From: an uncultured Calditrichaceae bacterium
GTDB taxonomy: Bacteria > Calditrichota > Calditrichia > RBG-13-44-9
NCBI GenBank assembly: GCA_964452045.1
Contig: CAYVKM010000010.1
Span: 5,218 to 69,217, forward strand
Direction: 5' to 3'
Length of the DNA: 64,000 nucleotides
Each line of letters opens with the position of its first letter. Position 1 is the stretch's first letter. The position numbers and the translations under genes are program-made. The notes beneath the pieces were generated by a model, which searched no databases, was not told where the DNA came from, and saw only the letters and a list, made by a program, of their open reading frames with translations. Below are positions 38,634 through 47,787 of this stretch, one piece after another.

Positions 38634-40235
38634 ATGAAAAAATCATATTTCAATATGCACTTTAGGCTCCGTTTTAATAACCAGATCGAATTTCTATTTC
38701 CTGCAATATTAGTAACATTAATGTTTACCAACCTTTTTCAGGTAAATGCCCAGGGAATTAATCGCTCCAATGGATTTGGTGTTCGAGGAACGGTTTGGAA
38801 ACATAGCTCTATCACAGAACGAACCTCGTTCGGCGAAGTCAGTGTCGAGGGAAGTGGTGAGTTATATTTCTTCCATCGTTTAAAAAATCAGTGGTTCCTG
38901 GAAACTAGCATTGGGGGAGTCGATCGGACAAAAATTTCCGGTAGCACGGTCGATACCCGATCTATTGTTCCTTTTCTTTTCGGGGCCCGTTACGATTTGC
39001 TCTCACCCGCACAAAACAGTCCTTATCAACCTTATGTTTCCTTCGGTGCAGGAACCTATTGGATTTCCAGAGCAGTGGTTTCCGGTAGTGTCATTGCCGA
39101 AAACGATGCCAAGTTAGGTCTCCATATCGGCAGCGGATTGAATATAATCCTGAAAAGCTGGTTTGCTCTGAACACTGATATCAAATATCATTTTGTTAAT
39201 TTTGGTTCGGATTTGGATGATTTAAGCGGATTTGAGTTAGGCCTGGGATTTAGCTTTATGTGGGGCAAGAAACGGGAGATATTCCGGATCAGGGAGACCA
39301 AACTGATTATCCAGGACATCTATCCGGCCTACTATCAGTTTTATAATATCTATCCCCTTGCCCTGGTGACGGTGGAAAACACTGCAGGTTATCCGATTGA
39401 AGTAAACCTGCGCTGCAAAGTCACCCCATTTTCCAGCCGAATCAAGGAAAGCGGTTTCATCAAGATTGAAAAGGGGGAATCGAAGGATTTGCCGGCCACC
39501 GCTATATTCGGTCCGGAAATTACCGAGATCGCAGTCCGGGAACCAGCAGTACTGGATATCGAAGTTGAAGGCCGGGCCGGGACAACCCTGATCCAGGAGA
39601 TCAGCAGCCAGGTAACCATACATACCCGAAATTCCTGGGACGGTGAAATGGATAAGCTCAGGTTCTTCGTAACGCCCGATAATCCCAAAATCCTTCTTTA
39701 TACCCGCAAGTTGATGGAGGGATTGCCTGACTCTCTCAATCCCACGGGAAAAAATTTCCTTGCCGCAAAAACTATTTTTGAGGATTTACGCAGAAGAGGA
39801 ATCCGCTACCAGAGCGATCCCAATATCCCCTTTTACCAGGATGACCGGGTTCAGTTTGCTGATGAAACGATGGATATTGGCAGCGGGGATTGTGACGATC
39901 TGGTTGTATTGTACGGTTCTCTTCTGGAAAGTCTGGGAATTAATACTGCATTTATTCAGGTAAAAGATCCGGAAAAATCTCTAGCGCACCTTTTTTTAAT
40001 TTTCGATACCGGAATACCTGCGGAAAATTCCAATCTGATAAGCAGTAATGAAAAACGATATATCCTTCGGGAAGAAGAACCCGGGAAAAAGACAGTCTGG
40101 TTACCAGTGGAAACCACGCTTATTGCTTCAGGATTTGACCAGGCCTGGGATACCGGTGCACTCAACTATTTACAAGAAGCAAAAATCAGGAACGGGATTT
40201 CAGAGGGATGGGTTCAGATCTTCGATATAAGATAA
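38634..40235 (+). CDS. Fusion protein: N-terminal OMP beta-barrel domain plus C-terminal transglutaminase-like (papain-fold Cys-His-Asp/Glu) domain
   Basis: The N-terminal 220 aa are paralogous to gene 37138. The C-terminus has GSGDCDDLVVLYGSLLESLGINTAFIQV (TGase-like Cys motif), a downstream His (LAHLFLIFD) and WLPVETT. Confidence 0.5.
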   Translation: MKKSYFNMHFRLRFNNQIEFLFPAILVTLMFTNLFQVNAQGINRSNGFGVRGTVWKHSSITERTSFGEVSVEGSGELYFFHRLKNQWFLETSIGGVDRTKISGSTVDTRSIVPFLFGARYDLLSPAQNSPYQPYVSFGAGTYWISRAVVSGSVIAENDAKLGLHIGSGLNIILKSWFALNTDIKYHFVNFGSDLDDLSGFELGLGFSFMWGKKREIFRIRETKLIIQDIYPAYYQFYNIYPLALVTVENTAGYPIEVNLRCKVTPFSSRIKESGFIKIEKGESKDLPATAIFGPEITEIAVREPAVLDIEVEGRAGTTLIQEISSQVTIHTRNSWDGEMDKLRFFVTPDNPKILLYTRKLMEGLPDSLNPTGKNFLAAKTIFEDLRRRGIRYQSDPNIPFYQDDRVQFADETMDIGSGDCDDLVVLYGSLLESLGINTAFIQVKDPEKSLAHLFLIFDTGIPAENSNLISSNEKRYILREEEPGKKTVWLPVETTLIASGFDQAWDTGALNYLQEAKIRNGISEGWVQIFDIR

Positions 40236-40254
40236 AAGATATAAGGAGAAAGAA

Positions 40255-40980
40255 ATGAAAATTACCAACTATAAAACATATGTAATTGTCTTGTTGCTAA
40301 GTACCTTTGCCTTCGTCTATCAAGCCCTGTCCATGGAAGTCAAAATTATCAAGATTTCGGGAGAGGTAAAGATCCGTCATGGGGTGGAAGAATTTTGGCA
40401 AGCCGCTTCACTGGGCATCATTCTGAAAGATATTGATTCGATCCTGACCGGGGAGAATGGTGAAGTTACGCTCCAGGTTGATGAAGGCCGGCAATTTCAC
40501 CTCGGACCAAACAGTATTTTGGATATTGCCGATTTACGGGAAATCTCAGAACAGGAACTATTCCTGTATCTGGTGAAATCCAAACTTGGCAAAGTTGATA
40601 AACGGAACGGAAAAACACCCTTACGGATCGGAAATGTGAGTGTTGTGCATGGTGCCTATCAGGATACGGCACAACAGGAAGTGACGCAAACATCTCTGGA
40701 GACGGAGGAACAACTCAAAAATGGGATTCGTGCTTTGTATACCCAGCACTATTATCCCAATACGATCCTCAAAATCAATAAATCCATCGAGGATCAAAAT
40801 GTACCGGATCAATGCGGGGAATTGCACTATTACCTGGGCAGCTCATTCGAAAAATTAGATAAACCCGGCCAGGCTATTGATGCCTTCGAAAAAGCAGTTC
40901 AGCAAGGCAAATCCGGCAATTGTACCGGAATCGAATGGGCTGAGAAAGCAGAAAACAGCCTACTCAGATTAAAACAGTAA
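40255..40980 (+). CDS. Secreted FecR-domain protein with a C-terminal TPR-like region
   Basis: AAGGAGA RBS and a signal peptide. The FecR-like segment (W..A..G..L...D.I.TG..G...L....G....L.PNS.L.I) is present as FWQAASLGIILKDIDSILTGENGEVTLQVDEGRQFHLGPNSILDI. Confidence 0.45.
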   Translation: MKITNYKTYVIVLLLSTFAFVYQALSMEVKIIKISGEVKIRHGVEEFWQAASLGIILKDIDSILTGENGEVTLQVDEGRQFHLGPNSILDIADLREISEQELFLYLVKSKLGKVDKRNGKTPLRIGNVSVVHGAYQDTAQQEVTQTSLETEEQLKNGIRALYTQHYYPNTILKINKSIEDQNVPDQCGELHYYLGSSFEKLDKPGQAIDAFEKAVQQGKSGNCTGIEWAEKAENSLLRLKQ

Positions 40981-41024
40981 TTTTTTTAACAGATTAATAT
41001 CAACCATTGCAGAGGAGAATAAAA

Positions 41025-41903
41025 ATGAAAACCTTAATATCATACAAGAAAAGAAACTTTCTTTATCTAACTACCCTGTTTATCGCTTTAATAATTAATG
41101 CCTGTTTGATTGATCCACATGACGATAACCATACAAATGTGAGTAACACTCGTTACTCGGCGTACGAAGAGTTCGACTTCAAATTCGAAGTGCTTGAGCG
41201 GGAATATCTGGACTTATGCGCTATCAGCGGCTCAATTGAAATAACTGGCGTGGCTGATCTGGATTCTGTCCATATCTGGGGAGAGCGCCGGGTTGAATCG
41301 GAAAGTACCAGGGACGCCAGAGCACATCTGGAATTACTGCAGGTTAATATTGAGCAGTATATCGATGGCATAAAAGTAGAAACTGAACAGCCGGATCAAA
41401 CCAACGGCAGGAATTATCTGGTCTATTACCATATTCTTGTTCCGGAAAGTTGGATGGTAAACGTTTATAGTGTCAACGGCGTATGTGAGGTCAGTTCAAT
41501 AGCCAACACTGTGAAGATAAGCAGCACCAATGGTGATTTGATTCTTGAGGACATTTCAGGAGATGTAACAGCAGGATTAACGAATGGTAATCTGATCCTG
41601 AAGAATTATTATGGTAACATTGTGGGCAGCGTAGTTAATGGCGCTATCACCTGCCATATGACCCTCCCCGATTCGGGATACTGCAAACTCAGTACAGTAA
41701 ATGGGCCAATCGCACTTAACATCCCGACCGAAACTTCCGCATACCTGTCCGCCTCAGTTGTAAATGGCGGTATTTCCATCACAAATCTGGAAATCCAGAA
41801 TATGGTAACCACACCAAAATCAGTACAGGGCCGCTTAGGCGATGGCAATGGAAATATAGAATTGGGCACAGTAAACGGGGCGATTGGCGTCACCGGATAT
41901 TAA
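41025..41903 (+). CDS. DUF4097-like beta-helix (putative adhesin) lipoprotein
   Basis: GAGGAG RBS and a lipobox (LIINACL). Repeated VNG.I motifs (TNGDLIL, TNGNLIL, VNGAITC, VNGPIAL, VNGGISI, VNGAIGV). Confidence 0.5.
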   Translation: MKTLISYKKRNFLYLTTLFIALIINACLIDPHDDNHTNVSNTRYSAYEEFDFKFEVLEREYLDLCAISGSIEITGVADLDSVHIWGERRVESESTRDARAHLELLQVNIEQYIDGIKVETEQPDQTNGRNYLVYYHILVPESWMVNVYSVNGVCEVSSIANTVKISSTNGDLILEDISGDVTAGLTNGNLILKNYYGNIVGSVVNGAITCHMTLPDSGYCKLSTVNGPIALNIPTETSAYLSASVVNGGISITNLEIQNMVTTPKSVQGRLGDGNGNIELGTVNGAIGVTGY

Positions 41904-41946
41904 AAATCAAAAACCTAAGTGCAGCTAGATTAAGCATATACTATAG

Positions 41947-41983
41947 AAGGAGTGGTTCTCAATCAAATGCCACTCCTTTTTTA
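41947..41983 (+). terminator. Rho-independent terminator closing the 37138-41903 gene string
   Basis: AAGGAGTGG(N14)CCACTCCTT followed by TTTTTT. Confidence 0.55.
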
Positions 41984-42401
41984 TTCTATACAATTTAAGT
42001 ATATCACAGCGATCAATATTTTTTAGTAAACACATTGGTATTATCCTCTTCCCCCTTAATAAAGGGGGTCAGGTGTCATCATTTTTTGGTTCTGTTTATT
42101 TCAAATTAGATGATTCAAATACCAATCATATATACACTGTTTTCATATTTCTCTCCAGATCCGATATTGCAAATATTAAAATTGTAACACAATACTTCGA
42201 ATCCTCTTTTTCAATTTATATCAATTACAAAAAGAATAACACAACCCCCTTTATCCCCCTTTCGAAGGGGGATTTTTAAAATAAGCTGGTATAAATCTTA
42301 TTATGAGGAGTGGGTTTAATTCAATATAGGGAAATTTGAAATGAACCTTACGATTGAGATGGGCGGATGTCAGAAATTAAAATATATAATTCCCATCAAA
42401 T

Positions 42402-43307
42402 TCAACGGATAATCCTGGTTTGTATCCGGGTAACCCGCAAAATACTGAGGAAAAGTATTGCCACACCTATCCACTGAACACTGTTCAAAATATTACCCCG
42501 GATAACATACTCCAGAATAACAGCGGTCAGGGGGAAAGCCAATTCGCAAATAGTGGCAACGGAAGCAGTAATACTTTTCAAGCCATAATAGTAGAGAAAT
42601 ATGGCCGTTCCACCGGTTGAGAAAGCAATGAGGAGAAATATGAAAACCTGGGTTCTGGTTATCTGGGAAACCTGCAGAATGATACCGGAAGAGGAAACGA
42701 TGATCAACATGATAATAGTCGTCATCAGAAAGCGCAAATAGGTCCCCATCTGATAATCCACATTCTTCAGGCCTCGTTTGCTGAAAACCGTAGAAGCGCC
42801 GAAACTGATTGAGGCAATCAGGGCAAACAAAGCTGCAATTGCTGTTTTATTGCCGGTGCTTAATAGTGGCAGATTCAAACCAAAGGTCATCAGATAGGCA
42901 CCGAACAGAGCGACACCAGCCCAGAGAAAAAAAATCCGGGGTAAACGCTCTTTCAGAAGCAGAGCGGCCAGAATCAAGGCAAAAACAGGTTGCAGCTTTT
43001 GGATCAGAATCACAATCGACAAATTTACAAAATTGACATAAAATAAGGCCCGGGTGATGGCCATGGTTCCTATAGCACCGCCAAACAGCGCAATGCCAAG
43101 AAAAGCCAGCCAGTCTTTCGGTTTAAGGGATTTTAGTTCAGGAATTTTTTTAAAAAAGTATGGGGACAGCAGGACAGCCACAATCCCGCTTTCAATGAAG
43201 ACCACAAGTGGCACAGGAAGACTATAAAGAGCCGGACGAAGAATGATGCCATCCACACCCCATAAGCTGGCAGCAACAATCACAAAAAACGGGGCCAAGC
43301 GATTCAT
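42402..43307 (-). CDS. EamA/DMT superfamily transporter
   Basis: 301 aa, 10 TM, two EamA repeats. Confidence 0.65.
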   Translation of the reverse strand: MNRLAPFFVIVAASLWGVDGIILRPALYSLPVPLVVFIESGIVAVLLSPYFFKKIPELKSLKPKDWLAFLGIALFGGAIGTMAITRALFYVNFVNLSIVILIQKLQPVFALILAALLLKERLPRIFFLWAGVALFGAYLMTFGLNLPLLSTGNKTAIAALFALIASISFGASTVFSKRGLKNVDYQMGTYLRFLMTTIIMLIIVSSSGIILQVSQITRTQVFIFLLIAFSTGGTAIFLYYYGLKSITASVATICELAFPLTAVILEYVIRGNILNSVQWIGVAILFLSILRVTRIQTRIIR

Positions 43308-43352
43308 AAGATATCATCAAAATTTGAACTGGTGATTAAAAAACAGGAATTT

Positions 43353-44669
43353 TTAAAAATCCTCAATTACCAACCCTTTCAATACATTGGCGGTGGCATC
43401 GGTAATCTTTACTCTCACATAATCCCCTTTGTGGTATTCCCCGGCGGGAAAAATAACCAGCTTGTTTCCATCATTACGGCCCTGAAAATCATGAGGAGAC
43501 CTGCGAGTATTTTCTTCTTCGATGAGAATATCCTGAAGGTCCCCGATATGGGAAGAGTTTTTCTTAAGGGATATCTGGTTTTGTAAAACATTAAGCCGGA
43601 TGATTCGGGACTTCTTCTTTTCCTCAGGAACATCATCGGTATATTTTCTGGCAGCTATGGTTCCCGGACGTTCTGAATATTTAAAAATAAAGGCAGAATC
43701 GAATTCCACGGATTTTAGAACCTGATAGGTATCTTCAAATTCCTGATCCGTTTCAGTGGCGAATCCAACAATGACATCAGTGGTCAGGATAATATCTGGA
43801 TAATGATTCCGGATGTCATCCACCAGCGCTAAAAATTCTTCCCGGGTGTAGGTGCGATTCATGATATCCAAAATACGGGTATTTCCGGCTTGCATTGGCA
43901 GGTGGATGTGTTTACAAACTTTTGGATTTTCAGCGACCACATGCAGGAGTGAATGAGGAAAATCTTTCGGATGAGGAGACATGAACCGGATACGCTCAAT
44001 GCCATTTACCCGGCTCACTTTTTCCAGTAAGTAGGCAAAATCTTTACCCTGATAATTATATGAATTAACATTTTGCCCAAGTAATGTTACCTGCTTAAAT
44101 CCCTCATCCACCAACCTCTTAACTTCATCCACGATATTTTCCGGGGAACGACTCCTCTCCCGTCCACGGGTATAGGGCACCACACAAAAAGTACAAAAAT
44201 TGTTGCAACCCCGCATCACCGCAATCCAGGCATTTACTCCCCCAATCCTTTTGGGATAAACATCTGAGTAATCCTCAAATTCCGATAAAGTTACATCGTA
44301 AGCGTTCCTTCCGGTTTTCTCAACTTCCTCTATTAATCCGGGCAACCGTTTATAGCTGTCCGGTCCAACCACGAAATCGAGCTTCAGATGATGATCTTCC
44401 AGCAACGATTTCCGGAAGTTGGTAGCCATACACCCCAGAACACCGATCAGAACCGCTTTGCCATTACTATTTTGCCGGATGGTATGAATCCGGTTGTACA
44501 CCTTGCGATTGGCATTTTCCCGCACTGAACAGGTATTGAGCATAACCACATCGGCGTCCGATTCTTTTTCCACAAAACCGTAATTCGCTTCAGACAACAC
44601 CGCTCTGACCAACTCGGTATCGTATTCATTCATCTGACAGCCATATGTCTCTATATAAACTCTTTTCAT
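43353..44669 (-). CDS. miaB: tRNA-2-methylthio-N6-dimethylallyladenosine synthase MiaB (radical SAM methylthiotransferase)
   Basis: N-terminal MTTase domain (YIETYGCQMNEYDTE), a radical SAM CNNFCTFC box, and a C-terminal TRAM domain. Confidence 0.8.
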   Translation of the reverse strand: MKRVYIETYGCQMNEYDTELVRAVLSEANYGFVEKESDADVVMLNTCSVRENANRKVYNRIHTIRQNSNGKAVLIGVLGCMATNFRKSLLEDHHLKLDFVVGPDSYKRLPGLIEEVEKTGRNAYDVTLSEFEDYSDVYPKRIGGVNAWIAVMRGCNNFCTFCVVPYTRGRERSRSPENIVDEVKRLVDEGFKQVTLLGQNVNSYNYQGKDFAYLLEKVSRVNGIERIRFMSPHPKDFPHSLLHVVAENPKVCKHIHLPMQAGNTRILDIMNRTYTREEFLALVDDIRNHYPDIILTTDVIVGFATETDQEFEDTYQVLKSVEFDSAFIFKYSERPGTIAARKYTDDVPEEKKKSRIIRLNVLQNQISLKKNSSHIGDLQDILIEEENTRRSPHDFQGRNDGNKLVIFPAGEYHKGDYVRVKITDATANVLKGLVIEDF

Positions 44670-44770
44670 TTTATCTAAATTATCTTTAATTCATCGAAAT
44701 TAAGTTTTCAACTGCATGGTACATTAAAAGTTTTCAGAGAAGACTTTAATCCATCAGAAATAACCACACA

Positions 44771-46057
44771 TTAAAGCAACTTCCCGATAATAGTGTTCTT
44801 TTCATTCGATTCCAATTGAACGGGTAATATCTGGTTTTGCAGGTCGTTTTCTGATTTCACTTTAACCCGAACATAGGTATCGGTTAATCCCGTCCAGTAT
44901 CCCCTCTTGAGCTGTTCAAAAAGTACTGTCTGAATGGTACCGAGTTGTCTTTGCAGATAGACCCGTCTTTTCCGGTCACTCAATTCCCGTAATCGCCTGC
45001 TGCGCTGTTCAATGATCTCCGGAGACACCTTGGCTTCCAATTTTCTGCTTTTTGCCCAGGGTCTTTCCGAATAACTAAAAACATGGAAATAGGCCAGATT
45101 AGCATTCAACAGATACTGGAAGGTCTGCTCAAAATGAGCGTCAGACTCGCCAGGAAATCCCACAATCACGTCTGTACCCAGGCAAATACCGGGAACCCGG
45201 TGCTGAACCTGGTTGATAAACTCATCAAATTCCCGGACTGTATAACGGCGATTCATCTTTTGTAATATTTCATCGCTGCCACTTTGCAAAGGAATGTGCA
45301 AATAGCGGCATAATTTCGAATCCTGGCTCATCAGCTGAAGAAGTTCGGTGGGAATCGTGGTTGGTTCTATGGAAGAGATACGCAAACGATCCAACCCTTC
45401 CAGATTCACCAATCCCTGTATCACCTCCATAATCGACTTATCCTGATAACGGTATGTTCCCACATTTATACCGGTAAGGACAATCTCCCGGTGTCCGGCT
45501 TCAGTCAGCTGTTTTGCTTCCCGGAAAATATCTCCATATTCCCGGCTTCGGGTACGGCCCCGGGCATAGGGTATAACACAGAACGAACAGAAAAAATCGC
45601 AGCCATCCTGGATCTTCAGATTAGCCCGGGTATGCTGCCGGTCAATACCTGCCGCAGGCATGGTAAAACTCCGGCGCGATATAACCGGGGTAATGACTTC
45701 CGGATGAGAGACGTTCCTTTTGGCTTTAAGAATACCGGCAAAATCCATTTTTTTAGCATTTCCAACCACCCACTGGACATTGGGTAATTCCAGCAATTTT
45801 TCCCGCTGGATCTGCGCCTGACAGCCAACCAGGGCAATTTTTGCTCCGGGAGAATTCCGGTTTATTTTATTGACCACCTTGCGGGTATCGGCATCTCCGT
45901 TCTGGGTAACCGTGCAGGTATTCACCACCACCACTTCCGCATCCTTGTTAAACGGGACCACCCGAAAGCCCTGCTGTTCAAAACTTTTCTGCAGGATAGC
46001 GGTTTCTGCCTGGTTTAACCTGCATCCCAAAGTATAAAATGATACGCGATCCGACAT
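44771..46057 (-). CDS. Second radical SAM methylthiotransferase, MtaB(YqeV)/RimO-like
   Basis: FYTLGCRLNQAETA N-terminus, a CDFFCSFC radical SAM box, and a C-terminal TRAM-like region. Confidence 0.7.
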   Translation of the reverse strand: MSDRVSFYTLGCRLNQAETAILQKSFEQQGFRVVPFNKDAEVVVVNTCTVTQNGDADTRKVVNKINRNSPGAKIALVGCQAQIQREKLLELPNVQWVVGNAKKMDFAGILKAKRNVSHPEVITPVISRRSFTMPAAGIDRQHTRANLKIQDGCDFFCSFCVIPYARGRTRSREYGDIFREAKQLTEAGHREIVLTGINVGTYRYQDKSIMEVIQGLVNLEGLDRLRISSIEPTTIPTELLQLMSQDSKLCRYLHIPLQSGSDEILQKMNRRYTVREFDEFINQVQHRVPGICLGTDVIVGFPGESDAHFEQTFQYLLNANLAYFHVFSYSERPWAKSRKLEAKVSPEIIEQRSRRLRELSDRKRRVYLQRQLGTIQTVLFEQLKRGYWTGLTDTYVRVKVKSENDLQNQILPVQLESNEKNTIIGKLL

Positions 46058-46193
46058 CAGGTTTTTATTTCCTTTTTAATTGGGCAGGAATATAAAAAAA
46101 ACTTTATGGCAATTCAAATATCGAATTATATGAACAGATGAAATTTCTTGAGTTACCTTGATAAATTTCAAAATCAGCTGAAATTATTCACGC

Positions 46194-46222
46194 TTGACAT
46201 CTTTCGGGAAGGTAGGTTAATT
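46194..46222 (+). promoter_or_regulatory. Sigma-70-like promoter for pncB (TTGACA-17-TTAATT)
   Basis: TTGACA at 46194-46199, a 17-nt spacer, TTAATT at 46217-46222, about 25 nt before the ATG. Confidence 0.35.
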
Positions 46223-46247
46223 TATTGGAAAACCCGAAAGCACTCCG

Positions 46248-47630
46248 ATGAACCCTCCCCTACTTGAACCGCTTTACAATCAATCCCTGGTTATCGACTT
46301 ATACGAACTGACCATGTCTGCCGGGTATTTTTCCAATAATTACAATCATTATTCAACCTTTGAACTGTTTATCCGGGAAATGCCCCGAAACCGGTCGTAT
46401 CTGGTAAATGCCGGTCTGGACCAGGCCATTGAATATCTGATGAATTTGAAATTCAGTTCCAGTGATATTGATTATCTACGAAGCTTAAAAGTATTTCAGC
46501 AGGTGAATGTAAAGTTCTGGGAATATCTGGAAAACTTCAAATTTTCCGGAGATGTCTGGGCTATACCGGAGGGGCAGATTATTTTTCCGGGAGAGCCGCT
46601 ACTGCGGGTTTCTGCACCAATCATCGAAGCCCAAATTGTGGAAACCTTCCTCCTGGCATCCTATAACTTTCAAACACTTATTGCCAGCAAAGCAGCACGG
46701 GTGGTGCAGGCGGCACAACTGGATGGTAAAAAGCGTGGGGTCATGGAATTCGGATCGCGCCGGGCGCACGGTCCGCAGGCCAGCGTTCTGGCAGCACGGG
46801 CCAGTTATATTGCCGGCTGCATTGGTACTTCGAATGTGCTGGCCGGCCAGCGCTTCAAAATACCAGTTTTTGGAACCGCGGCACACAGCTGGACCATGGC
46901 TTTCCCCAGCGAAATTGAAGCGTTCAAATCCTATTACAAGGTTTTTCCGGAAAGTACTATCCTTTTGATCGATACTTACAATATCGAGAATGGTGCCCGG
47001 AATGCGGTGAAAACCGGCAGTGGCATTAGAGGCGTGAGAATTGATAGCGGAGATCTGGCGGTAGAAAGCCGGAAGGTGAGGAAAATTCTGGATGATGCCG
47101 GCATGAAAGACGTGACGATTGTGGTAAGTGGAGATTTAAATGAAGGCAAAATAAGAAAGCTGGTAGAAGCCGGAGCACCGATCGATAGTTTTGGGGTTGG
47201 TACCCAGCTGGCCACCTCGGAAGATGCGCCTTCGCTGGGCGGCATTTACAAATTGGTAGAACAGGAGATCGATGGCAAAATACGTTACCGGGCAAAATTC
47301 AGCATAAATAAAGCTACCTATCCGGGAAAGAAACAGGTATACCGGCTGCTGGACGGCTCGGGTAAATTTATCAAAGATATCATCGGTTTGAAAAATGATC
47401 AGATCTCTGAAAAACACATCGAACTTCTGGTACCGATATTCCAAAAAGGCAAGCTGATCTATAACTCTCCGTCTATGGAAAAGATCAGAAATTACTTTCA
47501 GGATAATTTTAAATCTCTGGACCGGAAATATACTTCCTTCGACCAGCCGCAAATTTATCCAGTTACTTACAGTCCAAATCTTACAGCGTTGTTTAATAAC
47601 CTGAAAGAAGAATCGAACCATCATCGGTAA
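46248..47630 (+). CDS. pncB: Nicotinate phosphoribosyltransferase
   Basis: 460 aa with the DLYELTM N-terminal motif. Central phosphoribosyltransferase barrel (GTAAHSW, VRIDSGDL). Confidence 0.8.
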   Translation: MNPPLLEPLYNQSLVIDLYELTMSAGYFSNNYNHYSTFELFIREMPRNRSYLVNAGLDQAIEYLMNLKFSSSDIDYLRSLKVFQQVNVKFWEYLENFKFSGDVWAIPEGQIIFPGEPLLRVSAPIIEAQIVETFLLASYNFQTLIASKAARVVQAAQLDGKKRGVMEFGSRRAHGPQASVLAARASYIAGCIGTSNVLAGQRFKIPVFGTAAHSWTMAFPSEIEAFKSYYKVFPESTILLIDTYNIENGARNAVKTGSGIRGVRIDSGDLAVESRKVRKILDDAGMKDVTIVVSGDLNEGKIRKLVEAGAPIDSFGVGTQLATSEDAPSLGGIYKLVEQEIDGKIRYRAKFSINKATYPGKKQVYRLLDGSGKFIKDIIGLKNDQISEKHIELLVPIFQKGKLIYNSPSMEKIRNYFQDNFKSLDRKYTSFDQPQIYPVTYSPNLTALFNNLKEESNHHR

Positions 47631-47787
47631 TATATCCTTCCCGGATCAAAATACCTGAAACCCCTGTAAATTTGCAGCGTTACAGCTTAGAACTTTTACC
47701 GGATCGCAGTTAATATCAGTTGCTTTTCAGTTAATATTGATTATCTTTAATCCCGTTTTTTTGGACAAAAGAAAAACTTTTTATTGC

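Noticed and set aside
42073-42279. 68-aa GTG-start ORF between the two G/C hairpins
   Set aside because: It has an AT-rich low-complexity sequence (poly-F/I/Y/N), a non-ATG start and no SD. It is reported only as part of the hairpin-flanked element, not as a CDS.
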